Counted from the stretch's first letter, positions 9,242-17,215 are shown. The stretch is 64,000 nucleotides of DNA from a phage (GCA_025830695.1 GCA_025830695.1_4111.2), one strand, 5' to 3'. Numbers and translations are program-made. Notes: generated by a model not told the origin, from the sequence alone.

Positions 9242-9278
9242 AGTGTTTTATTCATACACCAACGATAAGGGCAACAGC

Positions 9279-9542
9279 ATGAATATTAAGTATTTTGCGA
9301 CGCGTGAACAAGCTCGGATCGCCGCACGCCAGGACGGGGCAACGTTTAAAGATATGGGCGTACAATCGGAACGTGGTAAACGTTGGGCCATTGTAAAGCG
9401 TAGTACAGCCAGATCATTACAGTACTGGCTATCAGCTTTAAAAAGTCCTGCTAGTGTATCGCGACGAGTGGTAGAAATAAAGCTCGACCGTAAGGGGAAT
9501 CGTGTTACCGTGTACCGTACTAAAAAGATAGCAGTACTATAA
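9279..9542 (+). CDS. hypothetical early protein (87 aa), paralog of 20612..21007
   Basis: start moved to ATG 9279 (MNIKYFATREQARIAARQDG...RKGNRVTVY). Confidence 0.6.
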   Translation: MNIKYFATREQARIAARQDGATFKDMGVQSERGKRWAIVKRSTARSLQYWLSALKSPASVSRRVVEIKLDRKGNRVTVYRTKKIAVL

Positions 9543-9551
9543 AAAAAGTAC

Positions 9552-9610
9552 TTGCAAACTAAGTTTAAAAGCGTATAATACTTTATATCAGGTGGGGAAT
9601 AGTTCCCCAC
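9552..9610 (+). promoter_or_regulatory. early promoter + 5-prime hairpin cassette
   Basis: TTGCAA 9552-9557, TATAAT 9574-9579, hairpin GTGGGGAATAGTTCCCCAC. Confidence 0.7.
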
Positions 9611-9629
9611 TAAAGCAAGGAGTAAAAAA

Positions 9630-9860
9630 ATGACCAATATGTATATGACTGAAGTTAAAACCGTAAAAGATACTACCACTAATAAAACTACTTACTTACA
9701 GCGGATCTGCGGTGTATGGCAACGTATCAGCAAATCAAAGTACTTTAAATTAACATCATATGCCAATCGTTCGGATTCATTCAGTACTGAAATAAAAGGT
9801 AATAAAGTACACCAATACGGCACTTATTATTATTACAGCCTGGACGCGATTGCAGTATAA
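9630..9860 (+). CDS. hypothetical early protein (76 aa)
   Basis: ORF track; SD AAGGAG. Confidence 0.65.
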   Translation: MTNMYMTEVKTVKDTTTNKTTYLQRICGVWQRISKSKYFKLTSYANRSDSFSTEIKGNKVHQYGTYYYYSLDAIAV

Positions 9861-9890
9861 GCAGTTTACAAATCTTTACAATTGCCGGTA

Positions 9891-9919
9891 TTGACTTATT
9901 TTGTCAGTACTGGCATAAT
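9891..9919 (+). promoter_or_regulatory. promoter driving conserved non-coding leader (candidate small RNA)
   Basis: TTGACT 9891-9896, 17 bp, CATAAT 9914-9919; transcript would contain TAGCCCATAGGGTGCGGGAGTGTATCT; no ORF. Confidence 0.45.
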
Positions 9920-10034
9920 GTATTCATTGGCAGATAAGCCGTAGCCCATAGGGTGCGGGAGTGTATCTATAGAAAAATTAGTTTAGTACAGTTACAATTG
10001 TGCACCCGGTGGGTTAGCTGTTGTCATGGGGTAT

Positions 10035-10063
10035 ATTATGCCAGTACTTGATAATGCTGTCAA
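10035..10063 (-). promoter_or_regulatory. minus-strand promoter convergent with 9891 promoter
   Basis: reverse complement TTGACA-17bp-CATAAT; leader ...ACAACAGCTAACCCACCGGGTGC. Confidence 0.45.
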
Positions 10064-10107
10064 TACTTTTTTAATATTCAGTACTGAAAACTATTTTTAA
10101 AAAGTAC

Positions 10108-10169
10108 TTGCAAACTAAGTTTAAAAGCGTATAATACTTTATATCGAGGCGGGGGAATGGTTCTCCCGC
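10108..10169 (+). promoter_or_regulatory. early promoter + 5-prime hairpin cassette
   Basis: TTGCAA 10108-10113, TATAAT 10130-10135, hairpin GCGGGGGAATGGTTCTCCCGC. Confidence 0.7.
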
Positions 10170-10191
10170 TCAATTAAACGAGGATTTAAAA

Positions 10192-10431
10192 ATGGCTACT
10201 ACTAAAACTTACAACGGGCACAAAAACAAAACTCATTGGAATGTTTCATTGTGGATTAATAACGGTGAGTCATTATATCGGCTTGCTCAAAGTTGCATCG
10301 CACAATGTAAAACTAAAGATATTGCGGCCCAATGTATGTACCGCAGATTAAAAGCCAACGGTACTACTACAACACCGGACGGATTCAAGTATAGCACTAC
10401 GGCGATCCGTGCTGCAATGGTTGGAATGTAA
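10192..10431 (+). CDS. hypothetical early protein (79 aa), paralog of 8954..9193
   Basis: ORF track; shared HKNKTHWNVSLWINN...TPDGFKYSTTAIRAAMVGM. Confidence 0.65.
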   Translation: MATTKTYNGHKNKTHWNVSLWINNGESLYRLAQSCIAQCKTKDIAAQCMYRRLKANGTTTTPDGFKYSTTAIRAAMVGM

Positions 10432-10487
10432 CATTCAGTACTGAATCAATGGCGGGTGTGGTTCCCGCCTTTACTGAGGATTATCTA

Positions 10488-10775
10488 ATGAGCAAAGTAA
10501 TTGACTATAAAGTGTTAACCAAATCATTGTCAATCAGTGAGTGCACCGATGGCTTTTGGATGTACGATGAAACGCGTGGCATGAATTTAGCCTTAAGAGC
10601 GAAAACGGCTGAGGCGGCGTATGTGCAAGCCCTGGAATACTACCAGGAACGTCTAAAGGAAGTTGAAAACAATTATCAGAATCTCAAAGAGAAAGTAGAT
10701 AATTTCGTCGGTCAATTCGTTGACGATGACGAGGAAGACGGGCACTATTGTAACCGTTGCGGATCTTACAATTAA
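10488..10775 (+). CDS. hypothetical protein (95 aa)
   Basis: track ORF trimmed to ATG 10488 after hairpin GGCGGGTGTGGTTCCCGCC and SD GAGGA. Confidence 0.55.
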   Translation: MSKVIDYKVLTKSLSISECTDGFWMYDETRGMNLALRAKTAEAAYVQALEYYQERLKEVENNYQNLKEKVDNFVGQFVDDDEEDGHYCNRCGSYN

Positions 10776-10792
10776 GTACTGAGGATTATCTA

Positions 10793-10999
10793 ATGAGTCT
10801 TTTAATTGACCGTATCAAAGAGCTTGAAGAAAAAGAATTGCAGTTAATCGGCTTACAGAATAAAATCTTTCATGATTTGGGGAGTTTTATCAATGCCTGG
10901 GATAGTGGCGATCCTGGTGCGTTACCTGCTAACCGCCAGGCGATGATCAATGATGTGCGTAGTGTTTATGAATATGTTTTAAAAAGTACTGGACACTAA
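10793..10999 (+). CDS. hypothetical protein (68 aa)
   Basis: track ORF trimmed to ATG 10793; same initiation context (AGTACTGAGGATTATCTAATGAG) as 10488 gene. Confidence 0.55.
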   Translation: MSLLIDRIKELEEKELQLIGLQNKIFHDLGSFINAWDSGDPGALPANRQAMINDVRSVYEYVLKSTGH

Positions 11000-11017
11000 G
11001 CAATAAAGGCGTATAAT
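10990..11017 (+). promoter_or_regulatory. probable promoter
   Basis: TGGACA 10990-10995, 16 bp, TATAAT 11012-11017. Confidence 0.45.
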
Positions 11018-11055
11018 ACTTTATATCGAGTTAACACTACCCAGGAGTAACAGCG

Positions 11056-11244
11056 ATGTTTAATATTTTAATTGTTAATGAGCAAGGGAACGAGATTGAA
11101 ACAATTCAATCCCCTATTAATCCGATTGGTACTCATAGCATTGTAACACAAAAAGCGGTTTATGATTGCATCGAGTTCGCTGCGGACTTTAAAAACAATC
11201 AAATTGTTGTGCACGTTGAGAATGATTTTATGGAATTTAATTAA
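11056..11244 (+). CDS. hypothetical protein (62 aa)
   Basis: ORF track; SD AGGAG. Confidence 0.55.
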   Translation: MFNILIVNEQGNEIETIQSPINPIGTHSIVTQKAVYDCIEFAADFKNNQIVVHVENDFMEFN

Positions 11245-11250
11245 AAGTAC

Positions 11251-11309
11251 TTGCAATTAGTTTTCAGTACTGTATAATAGTTTACATAGAGGGGAGAAAT
11301 GGTTCTCCC
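11251..11309 (+). promoter_or_regulatory. early promoter + 5-prime hairpin cassette
   Basis: TTGCAA 11251-11256, TGTATAAT (extended -10) 11271-11278, hairpin GGGAGAA-ATGG-TTCTCCC. Confidence 0.7.
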
Positions 11310-11328
11310 TGGTAATGAGGAAAATACA

Positions 11329-11550
11329 ATGGCTAATATCACTACTCTTTCTCAACTGGAAGCACTGGTTAAATCTATGCGGGAACATGCCGACAAGATC
11401 GGCGTAAAAGATCCAGCCGTTTGCTTCTGCGACGAATTGAATGATGATACACTGGTAATAGCAGAAGTCCAGGACGTTTCTAACTATTCATCGCGTTACA
11501 CTGGCGGCGTAGCAAATAAAGGTGACTTCTGTTTATACCTTACTAAGTAA
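11329..11550 (+). CDS. hypothetical protein (73 aa)
   Basis: start moved to ATG 11329 (MANITTL); SD GAGGA. Confidence 0.6.
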   Translation: MANITTLSQLEALVKSMREHADKIGVKDPAVCFCDELNDDTLVIAEVQDVSNYSSRYTGGVANKGDFCLYLTK

Positions 11551-11556
11551 TACATA

Positions 11557-11580
11557 GGGGATCGATTGATCCCCTTTATT
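11557..11580. terminator. rho-independent terminator (hairpin usable from both strands)
   Basis: GGGGATC-GATT-GATCCCC followed by TTTATT. Confidence 0.6.
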
Positions 11581-11654
11581 GTTAAGTACTGAATCATTTA
11601 ATAGACGGATCTCGGCACCCGGTGGGTTAGTGACTGTTTCGTCTTGATGTAGTA

Positions 11655-11683
11655 ATTATGCCAGTACTGGATGCAGTTGTCAA
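11655..11683 (-). promoter_or_regulatory. minus-strand promoter; ca. 100-nt transcript ending at terminator 11557-11580 (candidate small RNA)
   Basis: reverse complement TTGACA-17bp-CATAAT then ATCAAGACGAAACAGTCACTAACCCACCGGGTGC. Confidence 0.45.
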
Positions 11684-11716
11684 CAATTATTTTTCAAATA
11701 CTTTTTATTAAAATAC

Positions 11717-11771
11717 TTGCTATTAGTTTTTAAACGCGTATAATGTTTTGCATAGGGGGAGCGGTTCCCCC
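11717..11771 (+). promoter_or_regulatory. early promoter + 5-prime hairpin cassette
   Basis: TTGCTA 11717-11722, TATAAT 11739-11744, hairpin GGGGGAGCGGTTCCCCC. Confidence 0.65.
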
Positions 11772-11792
11772 TGGTAACTAAGGAATAAGAAA

Positions 11793-12029
11793 ATGCTTGA
11801 ACAAATCAAAACAACGTCTGCTAATGTAACGGGAACGGTATCACACTTTATTGGTGATGAATCGCGGGGCGTTCCCTATTGTGCTGTACATGTAAACACT
11901 GAGGGTAACTACTGGTTTACGGTTTACGGATCATATTCATTTGGACGGCCAGGGCATCAAAAAATTCTGGATAAAGTACAACCAACGGGTAAAAATATTA
12001 CTGCCGAAATGTTTTATAAAAAATCATAA
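11793..12029 (+). CDS. hypothetical protein (78 aa)
   Basis: ORF track; SD AAGGA. Confidence 0.65.
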   Translation: MLEQIKTTSANVTGTVSHFIGDESRGVPYCAVHVNTEGNYWFTVYGSYSFGRPGHQKILDKVQPTGKNITAEMFYKKS

Positions 12030-12034
12030 AGTAC

Positions 12035-12093
12035 TTGCAATTAGTTTTTAGTACTGTACAATATTTTACATCGCACGGGGGAGCGGTTCCCCC
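12035..12093 (+). promoter_or_regulatory. early promoter + 5-prime hairpin cassette
   Basis: TTGCAA 12035-12040, TGTACAAT 12055-12062, hairpin GGGGGAGCGGTTCCCCC. Confidence 0.65.
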
Positions 12094-12113
12094 TGGTAAC
12101 TAAGGATAATCAA

Positions 12114-12413
12114 ATGAAAATTGCAATCATCGCCCTGGCTTTATCTGTTTCCTCTTTCGCTGTTAATGCGTCGTTAGATGTAAGTAGTGAAAAATTCATT
12201 CAGTGCACTGTTGCGATGACAGATGAAAGTACTGGCGAGATTGTTTTAAAGGATTTAGAGATCCAGCCAGAAGCATTTAAAAGCGGCCCGTTCCATGAAG
12301 AAGACGAAAAAGGTAGCACGACAATTTATTACGATGTAAGTACTAAGCGTGGATCGGTCACGGTTATGGATACTGAGAAAGTAACGCACACCGGAGTAAT
12401 TAACTGTTTATAA
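12114..12413 (+). CDS. secreted/periplasmic small protein (signal peptide)
   Basis: N-terminus MKIAIIALALSVSSFAVNA-S: hydrophobic core plus AxA-type cleavage site. Confidence 0.65.
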   Translation: MKIAIIALALSVSSFAVNASLDVSSEKFIQCTVAMTDESTGEIVLKDLEIQPEAFKSGPFHEEDEKGSTTIYYDVSTKRGSVTVMDTEKVTHTGVINCL

Positions 12414-12430
12414 TATAGTACTGAATCACT

Positions 12431-12458
12431 AGCCCACCTTAAACAGTGGGCTTTTTTG
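12431..12458 (+). terminator. rho-independent terminator
   Basis: AGCCCAC-CTTAAACA-GTGGGCT then TTTTTT; identical copy at 13166. Confidence 0.7.
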
Positions 12459-12510
12459 TTTTTGTATTATCGTAGTACTGCATACTTTAAAAATAGTTTT
12501 AAAATAGTAG

Positions 12511-12538
12511 TTGACATTACCACAAAAAGGCGTAGAAT
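12511..12538 (+). promoter_or_regulatory. promoter with long (ca. 120 nt) leader
   Basis: TTGACA 12511-12516, 16 bp, TAGAAT 12533-12538. Confidence 0.55.
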
Positions 12539-12661
12539 GTATTACATCAAGACGGGGAGCACTAAGTAGACCGCCAGTAAGTCGAACGAAAAACTGGACA
12601 CGTCGATAAAACTTTGATACACTAATAAACGTAAACTAAACTTTAATTGAGGATTTATAAA

Positions 12662-13144
12662 ATGGCTAATGTAAAATCATTCCTGAAAGCACTGATTTCA
12701 AACGATACTGTTATTGCTGCTGAATTGTTGGCTGACCTGGATAACGATACCATGAAAGCAGTACGCAACAATTTTAACATTGCGTACAGTGAAGCTAAAG
12801 AACTGCAAGCCAAAAAGGTAGCAGAACTGGAAGAACAGAAAAAAGCCCGTGAAGCCGAACTGCAAGCAACAATCGAAAGTATCCAGGCGGCGGTGGCTGG
12901 ATTGGATCTGGAAGTAGTTGTAGAAATGGCACATAAAGCCCTGGCGGTTAAGTATGGTGAAGATAAGCCAGAATCTAAACCTAAAAAATGGATTCAAGAA
13001 CGTGTTACTGTAGTACTTGATAACGGGGAAGAACATATGATTCCTGTACGCGGTAACTGCATTGCGGTAGTACTGGACGCTATCAAAGAAAGCGGTATGA
13101 CTCGCGAGGAATGGATCGAAGCTCATCGCAAAGTTGAAGCATAA
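12662..13144 (+). CDS. hypothetical protein (160 aa), Ala/Glu/Lys-rich helical N-terminal half
   Basis: track ORF trimmed to ATG 12662 (MANVKSF) with SD GAGGA. Confidence 0.6.
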   Translation: MANVKSFLKALISNDTVIAAELLADLDNDTMKAVRNNFNIAYSEAKELQAKKVAELEEQKKAREAELQATIESIQAAVAGLDLEVVVEMAHKALAVKYGEDKPESKPKKWIQERVTVVLDNGEEHMIPVRGNCIAVVLDAIKESGMTREEWIEAHRKVEA

Positions 13145-13165
13145 CAATTAAAGTACTGAATCACT

Positions 13166-13193
13166 AGCCCACCTTAAACAGTGGGCTTTTTTG
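13166..13193 (+). terminator. rho-independent terminator
   Basis: AGCCCACCTTAAACAGTGGGCT + TTTTTT. Confidence 0.7.
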
Positions 13194-13273
13194 TGTCTGT
13201 AGTATTCCAGTCCACCAGCACCGCCTAGAATCGATTCTAACGCATTAAACTGATTATCTGATACATCGCCCTA

Positions 13274-13281
13274 GCTGGTGG
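13274..13281 (+). other. Chi octamer GCTGGTGG (inverted copy CCACCAGC at 13212-13219)
   Basis: exact octamer in intergenic DNA. Confidence 0.5.
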
Positions 13282-13346
13282 CGTTAAGGTCGTTAGAATG
13301 CGATTGAGAGCGTTTAAAGTATTTTGCAAAAAGTAATAAAAAGTAC

Positions 13347-13406
13347 TTGCACGATTAAGAGATTAGCGTATAATGTTTTACATCGAGAGGGGGAAACGGT
13401 TCTCCT
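13347..13406 (+). promoter_or_regulatory. early promoter + 5-prime hairpin cassette
   Basis: TTGCAC 13347-13352, TATAAT 13369-13374, imperfect hairpin GGGGGAAACGGTTCTCC. Confidence 0.6.
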
Positions 13407-13429
13407 TCCAAATCAAAGGAATCAAAACA

Positions 13430-13657
13430 ATGGCTATTATCATTACTCGCGTATCTGGTACTACTGGCAACGAACAAGTAGTTGCAGTCATTACTAACAA
13501 GGCAGGTGCGGAATTGCAAAATGCAATGAATACCTGGGCCGTTAATGAGTTCGGTCAGTGGGCAAGTGTAGCATACATTGAAACCTATCAAGTGCCGTCG
13601 ATTAGTTTAACTGATTTGGGCGTTGAGCGTATCCTTTGCCTGGATGAATTAAATTAA
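13430..13657 (+). CDS. hypothetical protein (75 aa)
   Basis: start moved to ATG 13430 (MAIIITRVSG). Confidence 0.6.
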   Translation: MAIIITRVSGTTGNEQVVAVITNKAGAELQNAMNTWAVNEFGQWASVAYIETYQVPSISLTDLGVERILCLDELN

Positions 13658-13666
13658 AAAAAGTAC

Positions 13667-13725
13667 TTGCAAAGTAAATCGAATAAAGTATAATACATTA
13701 CATCAAGGGGAGAAATGGTTCTCCC
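13667..13725 (+). promoter_or_regulatory. early promoter + 5-prime hairpin cassette
   Basis: TTGCAA 13667-13672, TATAAT 13689-13694, hairpin GGGAGAAATGGTTCTCCC. Confidence 0.7.
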
Positions 13726-13744
13726 TGATAATGAGGAAACTAAA

Positions 13745-13957
13745 ATGGCTATCATTACTAAAATCAAAGTTAACAAGACTATCGTTAAACTGGCAGAAGT
13801 GAAAGAAGGTTATAAAGTATCTTGGTGCGGTATGTATCGGACGTTCGCAGATATAGATGATGCGATCAATTATTACAGTGACACGGTTAAAAACTTTGTT
13901 CGTGCTGATGTGGTTATGGCAGTGGCAACATATAAAGCAGCGAAAGAAAGTAAGTAA
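13745..13957 (+). CDS. hypothetical protein (70 aa)
   Basis: start moved to ATG 13745 (MAIITKIKV). Confidence 0.6.
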   Translation: MAIITKIKVNKTIVKLAEVKEGYKVSWCGMYRTFADIDDAINYYSDTVKNFVRADVVMAVATYKAAKESK

Positions 13958-13976
13958 AAATATTATCACAGTACTA

Positions 13977-14005
13977 TTGACATAGTTTGATAGTACTGGC
14001 ATAAT
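13977..14005 (+). promoter_or_regulatory. promoter (AGTACTATTGACA...AGTACTGGCATAAT class)
   Basis: TTGACA 13977-13982, 17 bp, CATAAT 14000-14005. Confidence 0.6.
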
Positions 14006-14048
14006 AGATTTTATCAAGACGACACATATTAATTTAAGGAATACTAAA

Positions 14049-14372
14049 ATGGCTAAAACTATCATCAACACCGTTTCCCTGGCTGCAATCCATGCAATCA
14101 ATGTTGACGGTAAACGTTGGACTGATTCATATGGCAATACTTATCATTCTTGTCATGTAAGCGTTGAACTGGATAACGGCTTGAATGATCTGGCGGTTGA
14201 ATCATTTACTTATGGCTATGAGGATGCATATCAACAAACGGCGGTATCACTCTTAAAGGAATCAGTAGACGGGCTTGATACTGTTGAAACCTCCCTCTAT
14301 CGTTTGTGCAATGATCTTAATATCCCGTTGCATTGTACTGTACAGAATGTTAAACGCAAAAAAGATCTTTAA
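14049..14372 (+). CDS. hypothetical protein (107 aa), paralog of 20193..20516
   Basis: shared RWTDSxGNTYHSCxVS...FTYGY...KRKKD. Confidence 0.65.
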   Translation: MAKTIINTVSLAAIHAINVDGKRWTDSYGNTYHSCHVSVELDNGLNDLAVESFTYGYEDAYQQTAVSLLKESVDGLDTVETSLYRLCNDLNIPLHCTVQNVKRKKDL

Positions 14373-14377
14373 TTAGC

Positions 14378-14414
14378 TTTACTTTATGCAGATACTTTGA
14401 TATAGTGTCTGCAT
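14378..14414 (+). promoter_or_regulatory. promoter overlapped by operator-like palindrome
   Basis: TTTACT 14378-14383, 17 bp, TATAGT 14401-14406; inverted repeat ATGCAGA (14386-14392) / TCTGCAT (14408-14414) brackets the -10. Confidence 0.45.
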
Positions 14415-14452
14415 AGGGGAAAGAAATTAAATCAACTTAAGAGGAAAGTAAA

Positions 14453-14722
14453 ATGAAAAATATCAGTACTTTAATCGATGCAGGTACACATGTTCGTCGG
14501 TCTATGGTTGCAACCAGTTCTACAAAACAAGTACCAAGCGGTTATCTTGTATTTGTGCACGATGGTAAACTCCTGGAACGTTCAATCAATTTTGATGTTA
14601 AAAACAATTGCCGTTTTATTATCTTTAAGCGTGAACAATATAAAATTGATTTGCCAGCGAAGCCCATAAGCGGGGCGTACAACGTGCAATCATTGTTTGA
14701 GCGTCAACCATACACCTATTGA
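14453..14722 (+). CDS. hypothetical protein (89 aa)
   Basis: ORF track; SD AAGAGGAAAG. Confidence 0.6.
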   Translation: MKNISTLIDAGTHVRRSMVATSSTKQVPSGYLVFVHDGKLLERSINFDVKNNCRFIIFKREQYKIDLPAKPISGAYNVQSLFERQPYTY

Positions 14723-14773
14723 TCAAATCATCGTTAGTGGTCGATTTAGGCCGCTTATATTGGGGATTATACC

Positions 14774-14944
14774 ATGAACGTTAATCAAGTACTGAATGAG
14801 ATCGAAAGCATCATTAAACCGATGAAGCGTATTGATGCTGTTCCTACACCGGAAGAATGCCGCCTTTATGAGCGTTACAGTGTGGAACAAGCCCAGGAAA
14901 TGGCCCGTATCCGTCCGGTTGCCAGTACTGATAAGGCGGCGTAA
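14774..14944 (+). CDS. hypothetical small protein (56 aa)
   Basis: read by eye: MNVNQVLNEIESIIKPMKRIDAVPTPEECRLYERYSVEQAQEMARIRPVASTDKAA; preferred over overlapping Arg-rich track frame. Confidence 0.45.
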   Translation: MNVNQVLNEIESIIKPMKRIDAVPTPEECRLYERYSVEQAQEMARIRPVASTDKAA

Positions 14945-14945
14945 T

Positions 14946-15155
14946 ATGCTTACTGTACAGGATAAGATCGACATCTTAAAGGTTAATATGTATGTGATTG
15001 ATGCCGTACCTGGTAAAGTATTTGCATACGATGACACCACTGTAAGCAATTTCTACTATAGCCAGGACGTGGGGGATCTTTCTGTACAGTCGGTTATTGA
15101 AAATGTAGTTAATGCAGCGTATGAGCATTTACTTTCAAATAGTACTTGCAATTAG
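14946..15155 (+). CDS. hypothetical small protein (69 aa)
   Basis: TAATATG stop/start junction; MLTVQDKIDILK... Confidence 0.5.
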   Translation: MLTVQDKIDILKVNMYVIDAVPGKVFAYDDTTVSNFYYSQDVGDLSVQSVIENVVNAAYEHLLSNSTCN

Positions 15156-15206
15156 TTTTCAGTACTGTATAATGTTTTACATGAAGGGGAGAAATAGTAC
15201 TCCCCA
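15146..15206 (+). promoter_or_regulatory. early promoter + 5-prime hairpin cassette
   Basis: TTGCAA 15146-15151, TGTATAAT 15166-15173, hairpin GGGGAG...CTCCCC. Confidence 0.7.
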
Positions 15207-15224
15207 CTAATTAAGGAATATGAA

Positions 15225-15371
15225 ATGAAAGCATCAAAAAAGAGTAATACTAAGAAAGCATGTTCACCTTTCGCTGGGGTATTCCCTTTACGTTTCGTTG
15301 ATGAAGTGGTTTCCTACCCGCCGGGCCTTACTCCTGAGATGGTAGAAAGTTTGCGTAAATCTAAAAAATAA
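15225..15371 (+). CDS. hypothetical small protein (48 aa)
   Basis: read by eye after cassette; SD AAGGA; MKASKKSNTKKACSPFAG... Confidence 0.45.
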   Translation: MKASKKSNTKKACSPFAGVFPLRFVDEVVSYPPGLTPEMVESLRKSKK

Positions 15372-15374
15372 TAC

Positions 15375-15434
15375 TTGCAATTAGTTTTCAGTACTGTATA
15401 ATGTTTTACATCAAGGGGAGAAATGATTCTCCCC
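15375..15434 (+). promoter_or_regulatory. early promoter + 5-prime hairpin cassette
   Basis: TTGCAA 15375-15380, TATAAT 15397-15402, hairpin GGGGAGAAATGATTCTCCCC. Confidence 0.7.
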
Positions 15435-15452
15435 ACTATCAGGAGAAACAAA

Positions 15453-15605
15453 ATGAAACAATATAATGCTCGGTTTGATGTTACTATCGGTAACGGCAAA
15501 GGTCAATTTTCTTTCAGTACTCGACGCAGTTATACAGAAAACTTCCTGCGTAATTGTGCACTGACCGCCGCACAAATTAAACATTACTTTCAGGCTAAAA
15601 AATGA
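15453..15605 (+). CDS. hypothetical small protein (50 aa)
   Basis: start moved to ATG 15453; SD AGGAGA. Confidence 0.5.
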   Translation: MKQYNARFDVTIGNGKGQFSFSTRRSYTENFLRNCALTAAQIKHYFQAKK

Positions 15606-15691
15606 AATCATTGGCTTATTACAGTTCGGCCCTGGTCGGTGCATTGATCGCGGCATTGTTAGTAACCTATCTATTCTTTATGGTGATTTAA
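15602..15691 (+). CDS. possible small hydrophobic peptide (29 aa)
   Basis: ATGA overlap; MKSLAYYSSALVGALIAALLVTYLFFMVI (single TM-like). Confidence 0.3.
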   Translation: MKSLAYYSSALVGALIAALLVTYLFFMVI

Positions 15692-15826
15692 ATGAATCCT
15701 AACGGTATAATTTACAGTACTCCTAAAACGAAAGCAGACAAGGTAAACGCTAAAAAAGCGAAAGTAAAGGAGTACATCAAACAAGGAATGACACGAAAGG
15801 CCGCAGTACTTAAAGCTAAAAAATAA
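15692..15826 (+). CDS. possible small basic protein (44 aa)
   Basis: read by eye; Lys-rich. Confidence 0.3.
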   Translation: MNPNGIIYSTPKTKADKVNAKKAKVKEYIKQGMTRKAAVLKAKK

Positions 15827-15836
15827 ATGAAAAAAG

Positions 15837-15923
15837 TGGTTGACTTCGGTCAGCCATTTTGCTATTATATATTCATTGAGAGATAGCTCACTAGCCCACA
15901 GGGTGCAGGAGTGTATCTATTGT
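15837..15923 (+). repeat. element R copy 1 (terminator-like hairpin + promoter + conserved leader)
   Basis: GTGGTTGACTTCGGTCAGCC...TTTGCTATTATAT...AGCCCACAGGGTGCAGGAGTGTATCT. Confidence 0.6.
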
Positions 15924-15972
15924 ATAATGTTTGAGTACTGAAAACTATTTTAAAGTATTTGATAAAAAGTAC

Positions 15973-16028
15973 TTGCAAACTATCTCAATAGGCGTATAAT
16001 GTTTTACATCGAAAGGGGAAACGGTTTC
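15973..16028 (+). promoter_or_regulatory. early promoter + 5-prime hairpin cassette
   Basis: TTGCAA 15973-15978, TATAAT 15995-16000, hairpin GGAAACGGTTTCC. Confidence 0.65.
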
Positions 16029-16051
16029 CTCTGGTAATAAGGAAACGAATC

Positions 16052-16393
16052 ATGACTATCTCAATTGCTCAATCTAACTTTGAAAACGAAATCATCGCTC
16101 AGGCACTGCGTTTAAATGATGGTCGGGCCGAAATCAATTACGGTTTCAATTCAGGCGGTTGTGAAAAATATCAGTACTTTGTAACGGCTGATGGCTGTGT
16201 CCTGGGCATCAATACAGTTATTGTAAACATTCAGAAAATTAATTTCAATGATCCAGACGATAGCCAGTTTTACATTGTAGGCGTAGACGTGAACTATGAG
16301 GATGACTCACTAACTGATGATCACACTGGCGAGCGGTTAGAAAGTGCATACGGTGAAGATGATTATCAGTCCGGTCCAGAAGATTTCGAATAA
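16052..16393 (+). CDS. hypothetical acidic protein (113 aa)
   Basis: ORF track; SD AAGGAAA. Confidence 0.65.
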   Translation: MTISIAQSNFENEIIAQALRLNDGRAEINYGFNSGGCEKYQYFVTADGCVLGINTVIVNIQKINFNDPDDSQFYIVGVDVNYEDDSLTDDHTGERLESAYGEDDYQSGPEDFE

Positions 16394-16407
16394 TATTAAA
16401 AAATAGT

Positions 16408-16466
16408 TTGACAATAGATTATAGTACTGTATAATGTTTTACATGAAGGGGAGAATAGTTCTCCCC
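16408..16466 (+). promoter_or_regulatory. early promoter + 5-prime hairpin cassette
   Basis: TTGACA 16408-16413, TGTATAAT 16428-16435, hairpin GGGGAGAATAGTTCTCCCC. Confidence 0.7.
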
Positions 16467-16486
16467 ACTAACAGAGAGAAAACAAA

Positions 16487-16699
16487 ATGGCTAATATCCG
16501 GTCGAAATTAAAAAATGCAAAACAAGTTTTATTTTCAGATCATGAATACTTTAATAAAGATATTACAGGAGTTACAAGTATCAAGGAGGTAAAAGAAAAA
16601 ACCGGAGTTTTGTGTGATGTGCGATTAGTTGGAACATTTGGGAATAACGTGCTATATCGCTGTGGTGATTACAATTTTACACTGACTATTATTAACTAA
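16487..16699 (+). CDS. hypothetical protein (70 aa)
   Basis: ORF track. Confidence 0.65.
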   Translation: MANIRSKLKNAKQVLFSDHEYFNKDITGVTSIKEVKEKTGVLCDVRLVGTFGNNVLYRCGDYNFTLTIIN

Positions 16700-16728
16700 A
16701 AAATATTATCACAGTACTATCAAAGCTA

Positions 16729-16757
16729 TTGACACTGATTGATAGTACTGGCATAAT
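16729..16757 (+). promoter_or_regulatory. promoter (TTGACA...GGCATAAT class)
   Basis: TTGACA 16729-16734, 17 bp, CATAAT 16752-16757. Confidence 0.6.
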
Positions 16758-16792
16758 AACTTTTATCAACTACACTACTAAGGAATTAAAAA

Positions 16793-16972
16793 ATGGCTAT
16801 CATCGCAAAAACTGAAATCGTTGGTCTGGATTCTATCATCATGACGTTTGAAGATCAAAAAGGTATGTATGTAGTTTCCTATGGTGATTATGTTCGGGAG
16901 TATGAAACGGTAGACGAAGCCTTTGAAAGCTATATTCGCCAGGTGAATAAAGCATACGACGACTACCGCTAA
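16793..16972 (+). CDS. hypothetical small protein (59 aa)
   Basis: read by eye; SD AAGGAA; MAIIAKTEIVGLDS... Confidence 0.5.
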   Translation: MAIIAKTEIVGLDSIIMTFEDQKGMYVVSYGDYVREYETVDEAFESYIRQVNKAYDDYR

Positions 16973-16999
16973 AATATATTACCAGTACTATTAAAGATA

Positions 17000-17027
17000 T
17001 TGACAACGTTTGATAGTACTGTATAAT
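17000..17027 (+). promoter_or_regulatory. promoter
   Basis: TTGACA 17000-17005, TGTATAAT 17020-17027. Confidence 0.6.
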
Positions 17028-17071
17028 AAGTTTTATAAACAGTAGTTAACTTAACCTAAGAGAGAAATAAA

Positions 17072-17215
17072 ATGATCGCACTGGATTCATTCATCGACGC
17101 AGTACTGGCAAAAACTGGCGAGGATCTGACCGCAGAACAATACGCAATGATCGAACAATGCCAGCAAGACGGTAAATCGGTGAAAGATACTGTTAAGATT
17201 ATCCGCAAGATGTAA
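17072..17215 (+). CDS. hypothetical small protein (47 aa)
   Basis: read by eye; SD AGAGA; MIALDSFIDAVLAKTGEDL... Confidence 0.45.
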   Translation: MIALDSFIDAVLAKTGEDLTAEQYAMIEQCQQDGKSVKDTVKIIRKM

